The notes beneath the pieces were generated by a model. That model was not told where the DNA came from. It made no database searches and was given only the letters and a program-made list of their open reading frames with translations. Position numbers and translations under genes: made by a program. Positions 40,401 through 44,216 of a stretch of 44,216 bases of DNA are shown in pieces (positions within the stretch are counted from its first letter, which is position 1; every line of letters begins with the position of its first letter). Source of the stretch: Catajapyx aquilonaris (lineage: Eukaryota); the NCBI GenBank assembly GCA_000934665.2, contig JYFJ02003264.1, forward strand, positions 1 to 44,216. The letters run 5' to 3'.

Positions 40401-42571
40401 CTGATCATGTTAACACACCCAATCAATACACACCTTCTTTTTCTTCTGCTCCTTGAACTTCTTTCTCTGCTCTGTCTTGTGCTGCTTGACCATTTCAGTG
40501 AGGTTTGCAATGTACTCATCAGTCTGCTGCAGCAGAAAGGCAAGACGTTTGTCTTTCTTCTGATCAATCAGTTTCCTGAACGAATGGTAATAATGCTTCA
40601 GCAGTGGCAGAAGATTGGCATCGATTTGTTTGATCCTAAATGGTGCATGCATACAATAGCAGACTACCTAGAAACTATCCCTACCTGTATCCCTCTTCAT
40701 CCTCAGCCATAAGCCTCCTCATACGTTCCTTCTCAATCCTCTCCTGCTCCTTCTTCTGCTCCCTCTCAGCATTGGCATGGTGCATCATGACAGCCTTATT
40801 CAGTCGCGCAATCTTGGCCATATTGTTACGGTGGAATTCCTTCATGTCCTTTCCATGCTGCAGCACTGCATTCAGGTATTCCTGGTGCTTCTGCTTTCTC
40901 TTTCGCTCAGCTTCCAGTTTTTGTTGCTTCTCGAGCTTCTCAGTGGCCCTAGCCTCCCTCAGCCCTTGGCGCTTTGTCCGCTTGTATGCCTTGACATTCA
41001 CTGCTGTCTCCAGAGTGGTGTCACGCCTAATGCATGCCACCACTTCTGAACGAAGCTGTCGCTGGAAGTTCAGGAGGCGAAGTGCTCGAAGCTCCATCTG
41101 GGCCTTCAAGCGAAGGTCTTCAGCCATGGTAGTTGGGAGGGTACTGAGCTCATCAATGCGGTGTGTTATGCGTGCTGCCAGTCGGTTCTCACGCTCCTGC
41201 AAGATTATAATTGGGTCCAAGCCTGTTGGCTTAGCCAATGGAGTAATGCGATTCTGCTTGTTCTGGGTCGACACCTGCAAAAAAAATTTGCATACCCATT
41301 AAAAACTTGCACAAGGATTTTGTATAATTGTGCAATCATAAACAGTAGCTTCAAATTTTAAATGATTGACCCTTATAAGAAAAGACTACCAGTGAAGCAG
41401 CATAAAATACCTGCTGTTGCTGCTGCTGCTGCTGTGGCTGGGGTTGAGGTGGGCGTGGGCCCTGCATTGGTGGTGCAACATGTGCCTGTTGCTGCTGCGG
41501 AGCTATTGGTTGCTGTGGTGGCTGTGTCTGTTGTGGCATGGTTGTCTGCGGGGTCAACTGTGGCATGGTAGGCTGTGGTACCTGGCTTGGTGCTTGAGGT
41601 GGTTGCGGCTGAGGTTGTGGTTGTGGCTGCTGTGGAGGTTGCTGTTGTTGGGGTGGTGGCCCTGTGGGTGGTGCCAGTTGCCCCATCATTGGTCCTTGTG
41701 TCATAGCCTGCCCTCCTGTAGGACCAGGGGGCCTCATTGGATGCTGCATGGGTGTTCCCTGCACTGCCATCACTACATTCTGTGGGATAGGCTGATTTCG
41801 AGCAAGCAGGCGGTATGCCATTATCTGTGCCCGCAGTTGATGCAGCTGCTGCTGGTTGAATGGCGATTGCTTCTGTTGTGCATCCACCGGGCTATTGAAC
41901 TGCTGCTGCTGCTGCTGGGGTGGGCGTGGATGTTGTCCATGATCCATCTGCCCTGGAGGTGGCCCCATGGTGCCCTGCCTAGCTCTCATAGCAAGCAATT
42001 GTGAGTAGCGTGGATCATCCTGCAGTCCCTTCTCCTCCATGGTGTTGATGGCCCGCTGAAGTGCATTCAGATTGTCTTGTGGGTATGGCTGAGCACCTTG
42101 AGGGGGCATCTGGTGGTGATGCTGCTGCATCTGAGAGTGCATGTGGGGGGGCTGGCCCTGCTGGTACATATGTGGTGGGTGGTGCATTGCAGGAGGACCC
42201 ATGGGCTGGCCTGCTTGCATCATGTGTGGAGGAGCCATTGGAGGCTGCCCCTGCTGGGACTGCGGAGGTGGCATCGGGGAGAGAGACGGCTGAGGTTGGG
42301 ACTGAGGTGGAGGTGGAGGTTGAGACTGGGGAGGGGGCATTGGAGAGGGGGACTGCTGCGAAGGTGGAGGCATAGGGGAGAGGGCTTGTTGTGGAGGGCC
42401 CATAGGAGAGGGGGCTTGTGGAGGGGGCATTGCTGGAGATTGGGATTGTGGGGGCATCCCAGGTGACTGGGACTGTGGATGTGGCGGCTGGTTTGAGTTG
42501 GCTCCCATTGGGGATGGGACTTGCGGGGGACCCATCGGAGATGCCTGAGCAGTAGGGCTCGGAGATGCCAT
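31411..42571 (-). CDS. brm: Brahma / SMARCA2/4 SWI/SNF ATPase, about 1651 aa
   Basis: Exons 42571-41411 (P/Q-rich, QLQ), 41274-40685 (HSA), 40575-40434, 40171-40063, 39998-39843 (BRK), 39781-39661, 39289-39050 (DEMGLGKT), 37865-37688, 37567-37325 (DEGH), 37104-36938, 36875-36687, 36594-36033 (HELICc), 35615-35427, 35357-35238, 35108-34891 (AT-hook RRGRPP), 34635-34509, 33741-33555 (bromodomain), 32153-31978 and 31491-31411. Phases are consistent. Confidence 0.96.
33826..33970. mobile_element. Short MITE with TA TSD
   Basis: TA-ctgtgcggaaaacgaaacgacgatctgacgtcatc / gatgacgtcagattgtcgtttcgttttccgcactg-TA. A related fragment lies at about 5941-6020. Confidence 0.8.
37968..38957. mobile_element. 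Non-autonomous piggyBac-like element with two internal hairpins
   Basis: TTAA-CCCCTTCGCCC...GGGCGAAGGCA-TTAA; internal inverted repeats at about 38050-38290 and 38458-38743; no transposase ORF. Confidence 0.7.
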
Positions 42572-44122
42572 CTTGCAATGCTGCTAGTTTTTCAAACTAG
42601 TTGGCTATCAAACTGAAAGTAGAGAAACATTAATAGAAATCCAGAATTAACAGCATCAGTAGGGTCAGTTACACCAAATGTTGCTCAAAAAATAATATCT
42701 TCAGCTATGATTCCAATCCACCAAAATATTCTAGCACTACACTCATGATTACACACATTGAGTGTGTTGTTGCCAAGTAGGTGTGGTCGGAGTACTTCCA
42801 TTGATCAGACAAGTTGGTTAAACGATCTTCAGGCTGCACATCACCCTTGATGTTGCATCCACCTAGCCCAATAAATACTCTAACACCAATAGTGGAACTG
42901 ACCAAAATTACAAGTAGAGAAATAAATGAGTCGTGATTTTGCATACCTCAGCACATATCACACGGACCTTCAGTAACATTCGTAATATGCAATTACATTT
43001 TTTCAGAACTGATTTATGCCCACCCTTTGAAAAGAATATGACCAACCATAAGTGGCATTTTCAGAATGAAGGTGTGACGCACAATTGGAAATAAAATCTT
43101 AATATTGATATGAATAACAGTCTGTTTACAGCTGATAATAATCAGCTCAATATAATTATTTTAGCACACCTTGTGAATATCTTTACAAGGTAACAACAAA
43201 AAATTAATTTTCAACTGAGTAACTTTTCAACACCTTTCCCTCGTAATTTTTGCAATATAATTAATTAAAATAATAATCACCATCATTAAAAAGCAAGTCA
43301 CTCTAATAACTAATGTATCATCTAATTTCAACTACCTCACACTTCAACACTGCAACAGCTATAACCTGCAAGCAGCCCATTCAACACATTCACAAACTCT
43401 GTACGTGAAAAAAATTCCAATGCAAATATCCCGTATGTCTGCAGATGTGGCCCTTTAAATGGAGAAGGCACCGACTGGCAGTTGCAAAGGTGCCAATGTC
43501 TGAAGGATTAATAGGCTTTTAAGGGCACTGACTCTCACTTCCTCTTCCTGGGGCTTTAACTGAAAGTTGGTTTACTGGAATTTTGGTGCCTCAGGGCATT
43601 CCACCCATTTCTTCCTGGTGATACAGACAGATGATAGAGACAGATGATACAAGTGCCATTCACTCCACCTCTTCTCACCTGGCTGTGCCCTCAGGCGTAA
43701 CTGCCATTTTTAAAATCCCCCAGACTCAAAACTTGGTCACATGGGCCAATGGCAGGCAGCCAATCAGGCAACAAGGCTAACTGTCAAGCATGGACATTTA
43801 AATGCCATGTGCTTGGAAGTGGGTGACAGAACGCGGAGCACCTTACTCCTCAACATTTTGTGAAGGCACAGCACCAGCATTCAGAAGTCACTAAACCATA
43901 CTTCACCATAGTTCAAGGGTAAGTTACTGCTACTTTTTCGTTCAACTACTACTGCATATTACAAATACAAGATATTAAAGCTTAACTGCACATGCACAGT
44001 AATATTTTGCTGTGACACGAAGGGTCATTTTCCAGTCACAATTTTAAAATGTGCAATCTCAAGTGATATCCCCAGATAATATTCAGTGGTTATGGAAACC
44101 CTATTTCATTTGTCCTAAAATA

Positions 44123-44216
44123 CAGGGTGGTCCAACTTTTTTGTCCGAACAGCTATTGACAAATTCGGCCTAAGCTGCTTATGTTGTAGTGCGTTACCTG
44201 GCAACCCCGGCCGGCG
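44123..44216. mobile_element. Left end of a Tc1/mariner-type MITE, cut by the window edge
   Basis: TA-CAGGGTGGTCCAACT resembles the TIR at 22164; gcgttacctggcaacccc is shared with 23727. Confidence 0.5.

Noticed and set aside
41362..42578. Several long overlapping ORFs (129-195 aa) over Brahma exon 1
   Set aside because: Alternate-frame or antisense shadows of low-complexity P/Q coding sequence.

Overview
Eukaryotic genomic DNA, most likely from an arthropod (inferred from the Raf and Brahma sequences), with many short GT-AG introns (about 56-120 nt). It holds five spliced protein-coding genes in alternating orientation: (1) the 5' part of a glutaredoxin-fused thioredoxin reductase (TGR/TXNRD, - strand, runs off the left edge); (2) a Brambleberry/GEX1/Kar5-family nuclear-envelope fusion gene (+, 3 exons); (3) a B-Raf-type Raf kinase (-, 13 coding exons); (4) EDEM1 (+, 8 exons); (5) Brahma/SMARCA2/4 (-, 19 coding exons). 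Exons were assembled by hand and the phases are consistent. Introns and intergenic DNA carry more than a dozen inverted-repeat (MITE/foldback) elements, some nested or back-to-back, plus one tRNA-headed SINE with a target-site duplication. No prokaryotic or CRISPR features are present. The best leads are inferences, not proven: a candidate in-frame terminal exon giving a kinase-less Raf, a candidate MGNAC lipidated TGR start exon, and the brambleberry-like gene itself.
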